Below, in pieces: positions 40,220 to 50,479 of a stretch of DNA of 64,000 bases. The position numbers were made by a program, and so were the translations under genes. The notes below the pieces were generated by a model. That model saw nothing but the letters and a program-made list of their open reading frames with translations, searched no databases and was not told the origin of the DNA. Location of the stretch: NCBI GenBank assembly GCA_046314355.1, contig JBKBWQ010000001.1, forward strand, positions 1,088,001-1,152,000, read 5' to 3'. How positions within the stretch are numbered: position 1 is the stretch's first letter; each line of letters opens with the position of its first letter. Source of the DNA: Candidatus Altimarinota bacterium (GTDB taxonomy: Bacteria > Patescibacteriota > Gracilibacteria > 1-14-2-50-48-13).

Positions 40220-41852
40220 GGAGTTCAGTAGTGTATAGAGAGTATAAATCTGTATGAGAAGGTGACTCATGTTTTCTAGCAACTGCAGTAGCAGTGACTA
40301 TAATCTTAGTAAGTTGAGATATATAGGTGTGAGGCTCTTTATTATCATAATAGAGCAATCTAAACTGTTCTTGCTCTTGTTTTGTATAATCTAGTACTGC
40401 TCTTTCAACATCCCACTCCTTGGCACAATAGCTAAAATGCTCCCAATCGATAAAGGTACCTTTGTTCTTTAGAATAAGTACATTTCCAGGATTAGGATCC
40501 ATATGACAGGTAACTGGCAGTACAGATTTGAGCTCTGATCTTAAAATATCAATAGCTTTATAGAGCTGTTTTTTGATTTTTAGGGGCATAGAGATCTGGT
40601 CAATACGATACTGCAGATATATATCATATGAAGGGAAGTATGGACCGGTGCCAACTCTACCAAAGAAGTTACCTTTGGTACTATGGGTTTTTTTGAGAAG
40701 AGATACAAGAATATTCATTTTTTCATTTTTATAAGTTTTCCCTCGTAGAAATGGAGAAATGATATATGACATTTTCCCCAATGAAATCTCCTGAGGTGGT
40801 GATGGAAAGTAACGCTGCTGACCTTCATACTCTGAGATAATATATTTTTCGTCATTTGATATCTTACAGATACTTGTTCCGGATACCCCATGAATAGGGA
40901 CTGTAACACTATATGATTTTAGTAGTTTCTTATTTAATCTAGATGGTTGAGCAATTGCGTTTTGAAGTATCTTAGTGAGCAGTGCATAGATAGTAGGAAT
41001 TCTCTCAGTATTTTCTTCGTGCAGGAGCTGTGTAAGCAGTTTTCCAAGTTCTTTGAGCTCAAGAGTGATGGTACATCTTTTAGTGAGCATAAGCTGAAAT
41101 AAAAAGTTGCCTAAAGCTGGAAGGGAATAACCATATCCACCGTGAGTACCTCTTTTCCATTGGTCAAAGTATTTTGGATTATTAGAGACATTAAATAATT
41201 CCCACCGTACTTTTTCAAGAGACCATAAGAGAGCATGTGTTTGTCTTCTCCAGGCAAGCTTTAGAAAAGGCTGTCTCGCATGGAGCTCAATATATTTACT
41301 AATACTTCTGCTATCTTCGTTTGATGGAGCCGTAAAGTATGAACCTTTCTTCATGCCGATATAATAATTGTAATCCCGTAAATTATAGAAAAGAAGCTTC
41401 TCTTTTCTACTATGGGCAAAACTCTCAAGTCTTTCTTGTAGTGTCGTAATAAGGTCTGCCTGAATGTCTTCCTGAGACGTATGAAGTTTCGGAATACTAT
41501 AGTTCCAAGTAAGTGCTTCTGAAAACTGAGAGAGAGATAGGTAGTAACGCCAATAGAATGCTTCTAGATACGCTTTAGCTTCTTCCTGGGAAAAGATACT
41601 TGCTCTATGTCTTGAGAACTCTTTAAGACCGTGTCTCAGCCCAAAGAGCTGCCTCTGACTATATTCCTTTTCAGATAAATCAAAGGCTTCTTTAAAAGTG
41701 AGTTCTGAAGTACTTATAATCCAGATATCGAGGTCACTATTTGCAGAAAGTTGTTGTCTTCCGGCACTTCCCCAGATAATAAACCCTAATGTGTTATCAG
41801 GATCAATAGCGGTTTTAAGATACTGTACATATGTTTCTACGAGAGAGGACAT
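40068..41852 (-). CDS. Fusion of a Pol-beta-superfamily nucleotidyltransferase and an APH/choline-kinase-family phosphotransferase
   Basis: N-terminal IIWGSAGR...SDLDIWII (GS, DxD). C-terminal CHMDPNPGNVL and FIDWE (Brenner motif and metal-binding Asp). Confidence 0.78.
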   Translation of the reverse strand: MSSLVETYVQYLKTAIDPDNTLGFIIWGSAGRQQLSANSDLDIWIISTSELTFKEAFDLSEKEYSQRQLFGLRHGLKEFSRHRASIFSQEEAKAYLEAFYWRYYLSLSQFSEALTWNYSIPKLHTSQEDIQADLITTLQERLESFAHSRKEKLLFYNLRDYNYYIGMKKGSYFTAPSNEDSRSISKYIELHARQPFLKLAWRRQTHALLWSLEKVRWELFNVSNNPKYFDQWKRGTHGGYGYSLPALGNFLFQLMLTKRCTITLELKELGKLLTQLLHEENTERIPTIYALLTKILQNAIAQPSRLNKKLLKSYSVTVPIHGVSGTSICKISNDEKYIISEYEGQQRYFPSPPQEISLGKMSYIISPFLRGKTYKNEKMNILVSLLKKTHSTKGNFFGRVGTGPYFPSYDIYLQYRIDQISMPLKIKKQLYKAIDILRSELKSVLPVTCHMDPNPGNVLILKNKGTFIDWEHFSYCAKEWDVERAVLDYTKQEQEQFRLLYYDNKEPHTYISQLTKIIVTATAVARKHESPSHTDLYSLYTTELHDLLHSISQTVSPRTDNNSAYSNKENDRLSHRKVYRGKLAKTSRKSSYGL

Positions 41853-42049
41853 AATTTATTGAAAAAAGATATGTCCTATTTTTAAATGTAGGAAAATTCT
41901 AACGCAACCGTGCTCTGTTGTTAGCTTTTATAAACATTCTCCTAAATCTTCTATTGATGACTAATGATATGTTTATGTGAAATAGTAAAAAAATATAAAA
42001 AAAGCTCTTTTTATGGAGCTTTTCTCTCACTGTTTAAATATTTTTACGG

Positions 42050-42448
42050 TTACTGCCAGTTAAGATACGTAATACTTAGTTGAAGAAGTGTCGCAAAACT
42101 TACCCAAAGCAAGTATGGAATTTGTGCTAAAGCAATATATTTAGAGTGTTTTTTGATAAGCAGTATGAACCATACTAAGCTTCCAAGCACAATAATGATA
42201 TCAATACTTGCGAGCAGATTATTTCTCAGTCCAAACTGAATAGGTGAATATATAAGATTTGATATGATATTTATAAGCAGAGGAGCAAGAAGCACTAATG
42301 GGTATTTCTTCTTATATATTTGAATGATTGTAAAGCCGAAACTAACTGCAATAATAATATACAATATTGTCCAGACAGGTCCGAATATCCAGGAGGGAGG
42401 TGCAAAAAATGGTTTTATGAGGTCTGAGTAATATGTATATGTGTCCAT
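42050..42448 (-). CDS. TspO/MBR tryptophan-rich sensory protein
   Basis: LIKPFFAPPSWIFGPVWTILY and PYLLWVSFAT. Confidence 0.92.
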   Translation of the reverse strand: MDTYTYYSDLIKPFFAPPSWIFGPVWTILYIIIAVSFGFTIIQIYKKKYPLVLLAPLLINIISNLIYSPIQFGLRNNLLASIDIIIVLGSLVWFILLIKKHSKYIALAQIPYLLWVSFATLLQLSITYLNWQ

Positions 42449-42505
42449 GGAAAAGAATTAATATTTAATACTTCAGTATAGCACATTTAAAAGGTATATC
42501 GATGT

Positions 42506-43891
42506 CTATTCTGTAATATGAACAATGAAATCTCCAACTTCTTTTCCACGTCCATCAGGATTATTTTTTCGAAAAATCATAGCAGTATCTGTAGTAGCCG
42601 GCAGAGTTTTTATGACATCTGATGTATCTATAATATTCCAGCCTGTGTAATCATTTTCAGGACTCAGCAGAAGTATATTTTTCTCTGGGTAATAAAATTT
42701 TGATACGGTGTAGTCAAAAGGGTTATCCATTACGAGAGTTTCAATATTTTTTACTGCTGGCAAGAGTGTAGAGTAGTCTTTAGAGAGCGGTATATAGTAA
42801 TAAAAAGGTATTATACCGATAAAGTATGCAGCGAATATGAGATACAAGAAGGTTTTATGTAAAACCTTATAGAATGCTGTGACACTACATAGAATAAGAA
42901 ATGCTCCAAAAGGAAGGAGGTACCTCTCAAGATAGAGATTGATACCAAAGACTGGGGCAATATAAATAAGAAAAAATGGTATACATGTAAATGAAAGAAG
43001 AAAATGAATATATTTTTCATTTTTAAATTTCAATTTTGCGATGCACACAACAAAGAGTGAGAAAAGGATAATGGGAGGAAAAAATAGGAAAAAACTATGG
43101 AGTATACTCTCTCCTGCAGTACCAAGTTTATTACCATAATAGAAGATTGCTAGACTCTCAGGAAAACGATTGAGATCTGTTGGAGGTATCCACCCAAATG
43201 AGTTGAGACCATTTAATTGACCTAATAAGAAAGGCAGCCAAGGGAGAAATAGGATAAAGAAAGGTATCAATAGAAGAAGTACTTGAGTAAGTGATCTTTT
43301 AGAAAAAAATGTATTTTTGTTTTCAGTACAGATAAAGAAAAAAGCACTAGCAAAAGCAAGAAGACCAAAGTAATGAGTAAGCGCACCAAGGGCAAAACAA
43401 ATACTAGAAAGTATGAGAGTAATATATTTTTTTTGCTGATATTGAAATCTAAACAATAAAAGTGCGCCAGCAAATACAAAGAAACAGAGCAGGGTATACA
43501 TGCGTGCTTCGGTAGCGTATCCAAGAAAGAAAGGACTCAGCGCAAATACTGCCGTGGCAAGATAGGCTATCTTATCTAAGTAAAACTTTGCAATATGAAA
43601 GAATAGAAATAATGAAAGAACATGAAGAAGCATAGAAAAACTTCTAATACTAAAGGTATCTGATCCCCAAAAAATGCTCCATATTTTTAAAAGGAGATAA
43701 TACAGAGGCGGATGTACGTCATGAATTACTTTATTCCAAAGTTCACCCCAGGGAAGTCGGATAGCAATACCACTGTATGCTTCATCGTACCAAATGTCCC
43801 TCTGTAAAAGCACATATGAAAAAAGAACAAGACAAATGGTAAGTCCAAGAATGAAAAATACATTTTTGTACTTTTGAAAAAATGTAAGCAT
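42506..43891 (-). CDS. GT-C (PMT_2/GT39-like) membrane glycosyltransferase
   Basis: IWYDEAYS, DVHPPLYYLLLK, EARMYTL, THYFG; multi-TM. Confidence 0.85.
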   Translation of the reverse strand: MLTFFQKYKNVFFILGLTICLVLFSYVLLQRDIWYDEAYSGIAIRLPWGELWNKVIHDVHPPLYYLLLKIWSIFWGSDTFSIRSFSMLLHVLSLFLFFHIAKFYLDKIAYLATAVFALSPFFLGYATEARMYTLLCFFVFAGALLLFRFQYQQKKYITLILSSICFALGALTHYFGLLAFASAFFFICTENKNTFFSKRSLTQVLLLLIPFFILFLPWLPFLLGQLNGLNSFGWIPPTDLNRFPESLAIFYYGNKLGTAGESILHSFFLFFPPIILFSLFVVCIAKLKFKNEKYIHFLLSFTCIPFFLIYIAPVFGINLYLERYLLPFGAFLILCSVTAFYKVLHKTFLYLIFAAYFIGIIPFYYYIPLSKDYSTLLPAVKNIETLVMDNPFDYTVSKFYYPEKNILLLSPENDYTGWNIIDTSDVIKTLPATTDTAMIFRKNNPDGRGKEVGDFIVHITE

Positions 43892-43903
43892 AGGTATCTG
43901 ATG

Positions 43904-45487
43904 CTAGTTGATGAAAGGGGTGTCAGAGAGCGCCATATCCTCATGTTTCTGAGCAAAGTTTTGATATGACCATTCGCTTGGGAAGAGCATGACTAGTCTG
44001 TCTAGACTATCTTTTGCGAGTGCTGCTCCCATTGGCAGCGCTGTCTTTGCTTTTGTAAAATCTACTCCTGGTTCTACCCATCGTACCACACTCCATTGTG
44101 TTGTCTCTAATCTGGAATCAGCGCCGTATTCACTTTTCAATCTATACTGCACTACTTCAAACTGAAGAGGTCCGACAGCTCCATAGAGTGTTGTGTAGTT
44201 ATTTGGATATTCAAGCTGGAAAGACTGTACAACACCCTCCTGTAGAAGCTGCTCAAGTCCGTCTCTAAAGCGCTTGTAGTTAGAGGTATCAGGATTCTGA
44301 AGGGTAATAATATGTTCTGGTGCAAAGGGGGGAATTTCTTCATACTTAATACTTGTATCCTCAGTGAGTGTATCACCAATACCAAAGTTTCCTGTACCGA
44401 TGATACCTATTATATCTCCAGGATAAGCTTCATCTACACTTTCTCTTTGTTGTCCGAATACTGTATGTACACTTCCAAGACGGATCTTTTTATCAGTTCT
44501 CATATTTGAAACAAGCATATTTCTCTCGAATTTCCCTGAACAGATTCGTAGAAATGCAATACAGTCTCTATGCTTTGGATCCATATTTGCCTGAATCTTA
44601 AATACAAAGCCAGAGAAAGGTGTAGAATCTGGGTTAATCATTCCTTTTGAAGCCATCCGAGGACCAGGAGGTACTGAATACTCTAAAAACCCATCAAGGA
44701 GCAGCTGTACTCCAAAGTTATTCATAGCGCTTCCAAAAAATACTGGAGTTAGTTCTCCTTTGATAACACGATCAAAATCAAACTTTTCTCCTACTACATC
44801 CAGAAGTTCTACTTCCTCCATGATTTTCTTATGAGTGTCTTCGAAGAATTTTTCTTTGATCATGGGATCATCCAAGCTCGCTATTTCCACTGGCGCTTTA
44901 TATACACCTCCTGTTGTTCTCTCAAAGAGATGAACCTGCTTCTTTAACCGGTCAAATATACCTTTAAATTCAGTTCCAGTTCCGAGAGGCCAGTTGATAG
45001 GGAATGTATCTATCTTTAAAAGCTGCTCAATTTCTTCCAAGAGCTCAAAGGGCTCTCTGCTCGGCCGGTCCATTTTATTGATAAATGTAAAGATTGGAAT
45101 CTGACGTTTTCGGCACACTGCAAAAAGCTTTCTTGTCTGTGTCTCTATACCTTTTGCTCCGTCTATAATCATGATAACCGCGTCAACGGCAGTCAGGATA
45201 CGGTACGTGTCTTCAGAAAAGTCCTGATGTCCAGGTGTGTCTAGAAGGTTAATACGGTAGTTCTCATAGTCAAACTGTAGAACTGTAGAGGTAATAGAGA
45301 TTCCTCTTTTTCGCTCCATTTCCATCCAGTCTGAAGTGGAAGATCTTTGGTGCTTTCTGGCGGTAACAGATCCAGCTTCTTGAACAGCACCTCCGTAGAG
45401 CAGGAATTTTTCTGTTAATGTTGTTTTACCTGCATCAGGATGGGAGATGATGGCAAATGTTCGACGCCGATTTATTTCGCTTTGCAT
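43904..45487 (-). CDS. prfC: Peptide chain release factor 3
   Basis: RRTFAIISHPDAGKTT, DTPGHQDFSED, NKMDR, GAVGPLQFEV. Confidence 0.97.
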   Translation of the reverse strand: MQSEINRRRTFAIISHPDAGKTTLTEKFLLYGGAVQEAGSVTARKHQRSSTSDWMEMERKRGISITSTVLQFDYENYRINLLDTPGHQDFSEDTYRILTAVDAVIMIIDGAKGIETQTRKLFAVCRKRQIPIFTFINKMDRPSREPFELLEEIEQLLKIDTFPINWPLGTGTEFKGIFDRLKKQVHLFERTTGGVYKAPVEIASLDDPMIKEKFFEDTHKKIMEEVELLDVVGEKFDFDRVIKGELTPVFFGSAMNNFGVQLLLDGFLEYSVPPGPRMASKGMINPDSTPFSGFVFKIQANMDPKHRDCIAFLRICSGKFERNMLVSNMRTDKKIRLGSVHTVFGQQRESVDEAYPGDIIGIIGTGNFGIGDTLTEDTSIKYEEIPPFAPEHIITLQNPDTSNYKRFRDGLEQLLQEGVVQSFQLEYPNNYTTLYGAVGPLQFEVVQYRLKSEYGADSRLETTQWSVVRWVEPGVDFTKAKTALPMGAALAKDSLDRLVMLFPSEWSYQNFAQKHEDMALSDTPFIN

Positions 45488-45700
45488 AAGGGAATGCCAG
45501 AGATCTAGAATAGAAAAAATATATAGAATGCAGAGGGTATTAGCAACATTTTATATGAAAATATATAAATAACATATTTTTTAGAAAAATCAAATACTGA
45601 CGAATAATATTTACTGGAAACAATTTATGTGTTTTTTAGTATGCATGAAACTTGAAAGATATTTGAAAAGGTTTATGATTCTTATTATTTATTACCCCAT

Positions 45701-46213
45701 ATGCTTATGAAAAAGATACTTGCGACTGGAATTGCAGTGTTTTTACTTACGCTTTCGGCATCAATTGCTTCCGCAAACGATGGAAATGAAGGAATGATAC
45801 GTATGGCAGGGACTACTCTTAATGTGCGTTCTAGCGCTGGAGTGGCGAATAACCTTATAGGATACTTAAATACATTTGATAAAGTCACGGTATGGAGCAA
45901 ATCAAGTGATGGAGCGTGGTGTAAGATTTCTTTTAAAAACTCGACAGCATGGGTCGCATGCAGATACCTAATGAAAGAGGTAAATCATGAAGATAAGAAA
46001 GATCATGATAAAAATGATAATAGGAAAGATGGAATGACAGTCACTTCAGCACTAAATGTGCGTTCAACTCCAGCTGTTGCAGATAATAGAATAGGTTATC
46101 TAAATATTGGTGATCGAGTTTGGGTAAAAGAGAAGTCCAGTAATGGACTTTGGTGTAAGATAGATTTTAATGGTAGAGAAGCATGGATTGCTTGTGCTTA
46201 TCTGAAAGGATAA
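45701..46213 (+). CDS. Secreted tandem SH3b-domain protein
   Basis: Signal peptide plus two LNVRS...IGYLN..D.V.V......WCKI.F....AW.AC.YL repeats. Confidence 0.85.
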   Translation: MLMKKILATGIAVFLLTLSASIASANDGNEGMIRMAGTTLNVRSSAGVANNLIGYLNTFDKVTVWSKSSDGAWCKISFKNSTAWVACRYLMKEVNHEDKKDHDKNDNRKDGMTVTSALNVRSTPAVADNRIGYLNIGDRVWVKEKSSNGLWCKIDFNGREAWIACAYLKG

Positions 46214-46220
46214 TTTTACA

Positions 46221-46258
46221 AAAGGAGTCTTCGTCATTTGGTGGAGGCTCCTTTTTTA
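46221..46258 (+). terminator. Intrinsic terminator
   Basis: AAAGGAGTCTTC...GGAGGCTCCTTTTTT after the SH3 gene. Confidence 0.7.
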
Positions 46259-46268
46259 TGAAAGCTAT

Positions 46269-46769
46269 ATGGCATTTGATTACTCTCTCAATTATAAACA
46301 TCTGGATCTAAGAAAACATCCTGAACTCTATCGTATAGGTAAGGGCGAACAGGGTGTACTTTTAGTGGAACCTTACAAGACAGAAATCTTACAATATTGG
46401 AGATTTAAAACGAAGGAGATAGCAAGAGCATCCAGCGAAAAAATCTATGAACTTTTTTTAGAATATTTAAAAAATGAAGATTTTGTAGGTGCAGATATGT
46501 CTAAAAAGTTCCTTCAAATGGGTTATACAAGAGCAAGGCGCTATGCTAATCACAAGAGCGGACAAAAGTATGAATCAAATCCGCAAAAGAAAATGACTAA
46601 GGTAGAAGAGAAAAAAGCTAGGGAACAGACTCTTCCTCAGGAAGAAGATTGGAAAGATAATGAAAAGGCTCAAGCAGCAGAAATATTTAAAGAAAAATGG
46701 TATAGAGCAAAGGATAATGCTCTATACCTTACATTGAAACAGCGGCATCTTGAGAAGTATGGACACTGA
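46269..46769 (+). CDS. DUF4385-family protein
   Basis: YRIGKGEQGVLLVEPYK, WRFKT, DFVGADM..KFLQMGYTRARRYANHKSG. Confidence 0.85.
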   Translation: MAFDYSLNYKHLDLRKHPELYRIGKGEQGVLLVEPYKTEILQYWRFKTKEIARASSEKIYELFLEYLKNEDFVGADMSKKFLQMGYTRARRYANHKSGQKYESNPQKKMTKVEEKKAREQTLPQEEDWKDNEKAQAAEIFKEKWYRAKDNALYLTLKQRHLEKYGH

Positions 46770-46771
46770 CC

Positions 46772-48250
46772 TTATCTAATCTCTTTAAAGTCAATAAATC
46801 CTCTCTCTACATCTGTATGTACAAGCTGTACCTGCAGGCGGTCTCCTACATCAAGACCCTTTGATGGATTCATGAGTTTTCCTTCAATCGGAGGATAAAG
46901 AAGACGTACCCACATGGAGCGTTCCGTTGCACCTGTGACGAGTGCGTTAAATTTTTCTCCAATCTTTGTTTCCATTAAGATAGCATTGGCTGATTTAGTC
47001 ATCTGCCGTTCAACTTTCTTTGCTTCATCTTCTCCTACTGTACAGTGTGCTGCAAGCTCTAAGAGCTCATCCTTGTTGTATGGCATAGGTGCATCAACGA
47101 GAGCTGCTTTAAGTAATCTCTGAGTAATGATATCAGGGTATCTTCTATTTGGAGCCGTAGAGTGGGAATAATCTTTGATAGCTAGTCCGAAATGTCCTAT
47201 GGGTTTTTCGTTTGGAAATTCTATCACATATTCACCAGGTCCTAATAGCTTAATAACACTGAGCGAGAGGTCCGGAAACCGGAGGCTGTCTGTATTGTGA
47301 GCTTTGCGAAGGAAAAGGTCTAATGCTTCTGAATCGGGTACTTCCGGAAGAGTATGTCCCCATTCTTTTGCAAGTTCCATAATTCTATCCCATCTCTTTG
47401 GTACACGGACTATTCTACGTACTGAGGGAAGATTTTTTGCAAAAAGGTACCGCGCGCTAACTCCGTTTGCAGCAACCATAAACTCCTCTATGAGATTCTT
47501 AGCACTATTTGATTTTTCAATACTCAGTTCTTTGACCTTCTCTCCTTCAAAGACTGCTTTGGTTTTGATTGTATTAAAATTCAGGGAACCGTTTCTTTGT
47601 CTCAGTGCTTTAAGATCATCTGCAACCTTATGCTGCAGCCGTATGTTTTCTTCTAAACCTGGGATGTCTTTAATGTTTTCAGGAACAGGCTCTTCATTGT
47701 CTAGCCAGGGTGCGACACTATTGTAGGCAAGTTTTGCATGATTATTTACACGTGCTCTATAAATTTTTGAATCTACTAAAGTACCGTCTTTTGCGATGGT
47801 CATTTCAAATACTACTGCAAGTCTATCCTCATTTAAGTTGAGAGATGTAAGATTTGTAGAAAGTTTTACAGGAAGCATAGGAAATATCTCTGCGTCTGTA
47901 TAAACAGATGTTGTATTATGCTTTGCATGCTGATCAATAGCACTATCTTTCTTTACAAGTGCGTCTACATCAGCAATAGCTACTAATATTTTTGTTTGTG
48001 ATGCATCAATAGGGATAGCTACTGTCAGCTGATCTAGATCAAGAGAATCATCATTGTCGATAGAACACCACAAAAGCTGCCGTAAGTCCTGTATGGATGG
48101 GTCAGTAGCTTCTGCTGGACCGTGGATATTCTCTAATTCTCGAAATACTTCCTGTGAAAACTCTGGGTAAAATCCTCTATCTGCCATTGCAAATTCAGCA
48201 ATATTCTGCAGCAATGCTCGGTCTTCTTTGTTGTTTGTGTTTTGATTCAT
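46772..48250 (-). CDS. RNB-domain exoribonuclease (short RNase II/R-like)
   Basis: SIDNDDSLDLDQ, VAIADVD, IEEFMVAAN, HSTAPNRRYPD, C-terminal S1-like domain. ATG 48250 chosen. Confidence 0.9.
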   Translation of the reverse strand: MNQNTNNKEDRALLQNIAEFAMADRGFYPEFSQEVFRELENIHGPAEATDPSIQDLRQLLWCSIDNDDSLDLDQLTVAIPIDASQTKILVAIADVDALVKKDSAIDQHAKHNTTSVYTDAEIFPMLPVKLSTNLTSLNLNEDRLAVVFEMTIAKDGTLVDSKIYRARVNNHAKLAYNSVAPWLDNEEPVPENIKDIPGLEENIRLQHKVADDLKALRQRNGSLNFNTIKTKAVFEGEKVKELSIEKSNSAKNLIEEFMVAANGVSARYLFAKNLPSVRRIVRVPKRWDRIMELAKEWGHTLPEVPDSEALDLFLRKAHNTDSLRFPDLSLSVIKLLGPGEYVIEFPNEKPIGHFGLAIKDYSHSTAPNRRYPDIITQRLLKAALVDAPMPYNKDELLELAAHCTVGEDEAKKVERQMTKSANAILMETKIGEKFNALVTGATERSMWVRLLYPPIEGKLMNPSKGLDVGDRLQVQLVHTDVERGFIDFKEIR

Positions 48251-48405
48251 AGTAAGAGAGATAGTAGAAATACTAATACTATATAATACCATACTTTTCT
48301 TTCGCGGATCAAAATTACTCACTTAGAAGAAGAAAATAGTTTGTAAAAATAACAGCATGTTCTATGATGAGGGATGGTCTTTGGTAACATATTAATCTTG
48401 AGTAT

Positions 48406-49551
48406 ATGGGTATAATAAAAAAAGGAGGATGCGGTATGTTCATATGGCTATTCATAGGTGCTGCAGCAACGTTTGGATACTGTAATGCCTTTGGATGTAA
48501 AATACAGGAAGTAGCAGTATCTTCCTTTGATGAGTGTGTAAAAGAAGGGTTCTTTGTTGATGATTCTGATCCAGCAAAATGTATTATTACTAAAGATAAA
48601 ATATTTGAACAGCCCGCTCAGCATATAAAAGTGAGTGCTCCTAAAGCAGCGCAATATATGGTCTCACCTTTTACGATAAAAGGAGAGGCTCTGGTACAGA
48701 ATAATACGGTATATTACCGTCTATTATCTGAGGATGGAAAAGTGATGAGTGAAGGTTCTCAAAAAACCGCAAGTCCTGAGCATGGAAGATATGGGGCTTA
48801 TTCTATGAAAATAAATTTTCAGAAAGGAACGTATGAGGAAGGAAAAGTAGTACTTTATGAAAAAAACCCAGAAGGGAAGGAAGAGAGTCTCGTGGAGATT
48901 CCTGTGAGTTTTGTAAGTAATGTAAATGCAAATACTGCTCAGGCTGAGGACATGAATCCTTTAAAAAATGATGTAGAAGTGGCAGTTTCAAAGACATTGG
49001 AGATACCTTTTACACCTCAGGCTCCTTTTGCTGACTGGAATAGTACTTTTAATGAAGCATGCGAGGAGGCAAGTCTTTTAATGGTAGAGTACTTTCTGCA
49101 AGAAAAAGAATTGAATCCTACAGTTGCAACCTCTGAGATTACACTTCTTGTGGACTGGGAGGAAAAAAATGGGCATGAGGAAGATGTCAATATCCAGGAT
49201 CTGGCAGGAATAGCAGAGTCTTACTATAACCGTAAGGCAACAACTTTCAGTGATGATGAGGTAAGTATTGAAAATATAAAAAAACTTATATCAGGCGGCT
49301 ATCCAGTAATTGTTCCAGCTGCAGGTAAGCTGCTTAAAAATCCACACTATAGAGGAGATGGTCCTCCGTATCACATGTTAGTGATCGTGGGGTATGATGA
49401 AGAAAATTTTTTCACTAATGATCCAGGTACAAAACAGGGAGAAAAATATATGTATACTCAGGATACAATTATAAATGCTATCCATGACTGGACGGGGAAC
49501 AAAAATACGATTGAAGATGGGAAGAAGGCAATGATGATTGTGGAAAAATGA
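48406..49551 (+). CDS. Exported protein with a Gmad2-like Ig domain and a C39-like cysteine peptidase
   Basis: IPFTPQAPF..W...ACEEASLLM (Cys), YHMLVIVGYD (His), TNDPGT (Asp). Confidence 0.8.
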   Translation: MGIIKKGGCGMFIWLFIGAAATFGYCNAFGCKIQEVAVSSFDECVKEGFFVDDSDPAKCIITKDKIFEQPAQHIKVSAPKAAQYMVSPFTIKGEALVQNNTVYYRLLSEDGKVMSEGSQKTASPEHGRYGAYSMKINFQKGTYEEGKVVLYEKNPEGKEESLVEIPVSFVSNVNANTAQAEDMNPLKNDVEVAVSKTLEIPFTPQAPFADWNSTFNEACEEASLLMVEYFLQEKELNPTVATSEITLLVDWEEKNGHEEDVNIQDLAGIAESYYNRKATTFSDDEVSIENIKKLISGGYPVIVPAAGKLLKNPHYRGDGPPYHMLVIVGYDEENFFTNDPGTKQGEKYMYTQDTIINAIHDWTGNKNTIEDGKKAMMIVEK

Positions 49552-49634
49552 TTATGTTTAAGCTTAAAAGTTTTAAAGACTCCAAAGCTGTTATTTCTAT
49601 TTTAGTTTCTTGTGCTAGTCGGAATATTCAAAGA

Positions 49635-49994
49635 TTATCTATTTAATAATTCAATGCCGGTTTCTATAGTATTCACAAAGAATAAGTGCTTACCTTTATT
49701 ACATTCAAAAATAAAAGCATTTAAACTTTCACTCTCCACATTACTAAAATCTCCAATAATAGCAGCATGGAGATCATAATTAACCATTTTCTGCATTATG
49801 TCTCCTGCAAGCTTTGTCTTTAAGTCAAAAAAATCAGGCGTCATATTTTTCTGATACAGAATAACTTTGTATATTCCTTCTCCTGAGAAGTCCATCATCA
49901 GGTCTATAGCATCACGAGAGCTATTTACAATGATAGCCTCTGATGTAATTTCAGCTATTTTTCCATTATCCTTTTCGTGAAATATGGTGTTCAT
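49635..49994 (-). CDS. DUF4180-family protein
   Basis: DAIDLM, FFDLKTKLAGDIMQK.VNY, AIIGDFS, FIFECNKG. Confidence 0.85.
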   Translation of the reverse strand: MNTIFHEKDNGKIAEITSEAIIVNSSRDAIDLMMDFSGEGIYKVILYQKNMTPDFFDLKTKLAGDIMQKMVNYDLHAAIIGDFSNVESESLNAFIFECNKGKHLFFVNTIETGIELLNR

Positions 49995-50446
49995 AGTTTT
50001 TGATTTGAAGGAGCATGATCTTCTATCAAACCTAGATGAATTCCGTGTTCTAAGTATGCTTTAAGTCCTGAAAGTACAAAGGAAAAACCACCTGTGGAAT
50101 CTCTTACTTGAGCAATTATTTCTTCTTTGCTGCCTTGAAAACCTCGATTAATAATACTGACAAAGGTATGACCATTCATAGCTGTAAAGGTCCATTCTAC
50201 TTCGGTCTGCTCATCCTTATCACCCCATGCTACTTTGATAGTGTGATTTTGGATAATTGATAACACGGTAACTGAAGTAGATACATTGTACATTTCCCAT
50301 GTCCACTCAACGGTTTTACCCTCTTTCAGGGAACCAGAACTTTTTGTGAACCAAAAATTTTCTGTAATTTTAGGATTGATAAAAGCTTCAAATACTTCCT
50401 GTACAGGTTTTCTTATGAGCATTTCTGCTTTTGCATAATCTTCCAT
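49991..50446 (-). CDS. SRPBCC/AHSA1-family protein
   Basis: MLIRKPVQEVFEAFINP..T..FWFTKSSG, DSTGGF..VLSGLKAYLEH. Confidence 0.87.
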   Translation of the reverse strand: MEDYAKAEMLIRKPVQEVFEAFINPKITENFWFTKSSGSLKEGKTVEWTWEMYNVSTSVTVLSIIQNHTIKVAWGDKDEQTEVEWTFTAMNGHTFVSIINRGFQGSKEEIIAQVRDSTGGFSFVLSGLKAYLEHGIHLGLIEDHAPSNQKL

Positions 50447-50479
50447 ATTACTCAGAGAATCAGTAAAAATTATAATAAA

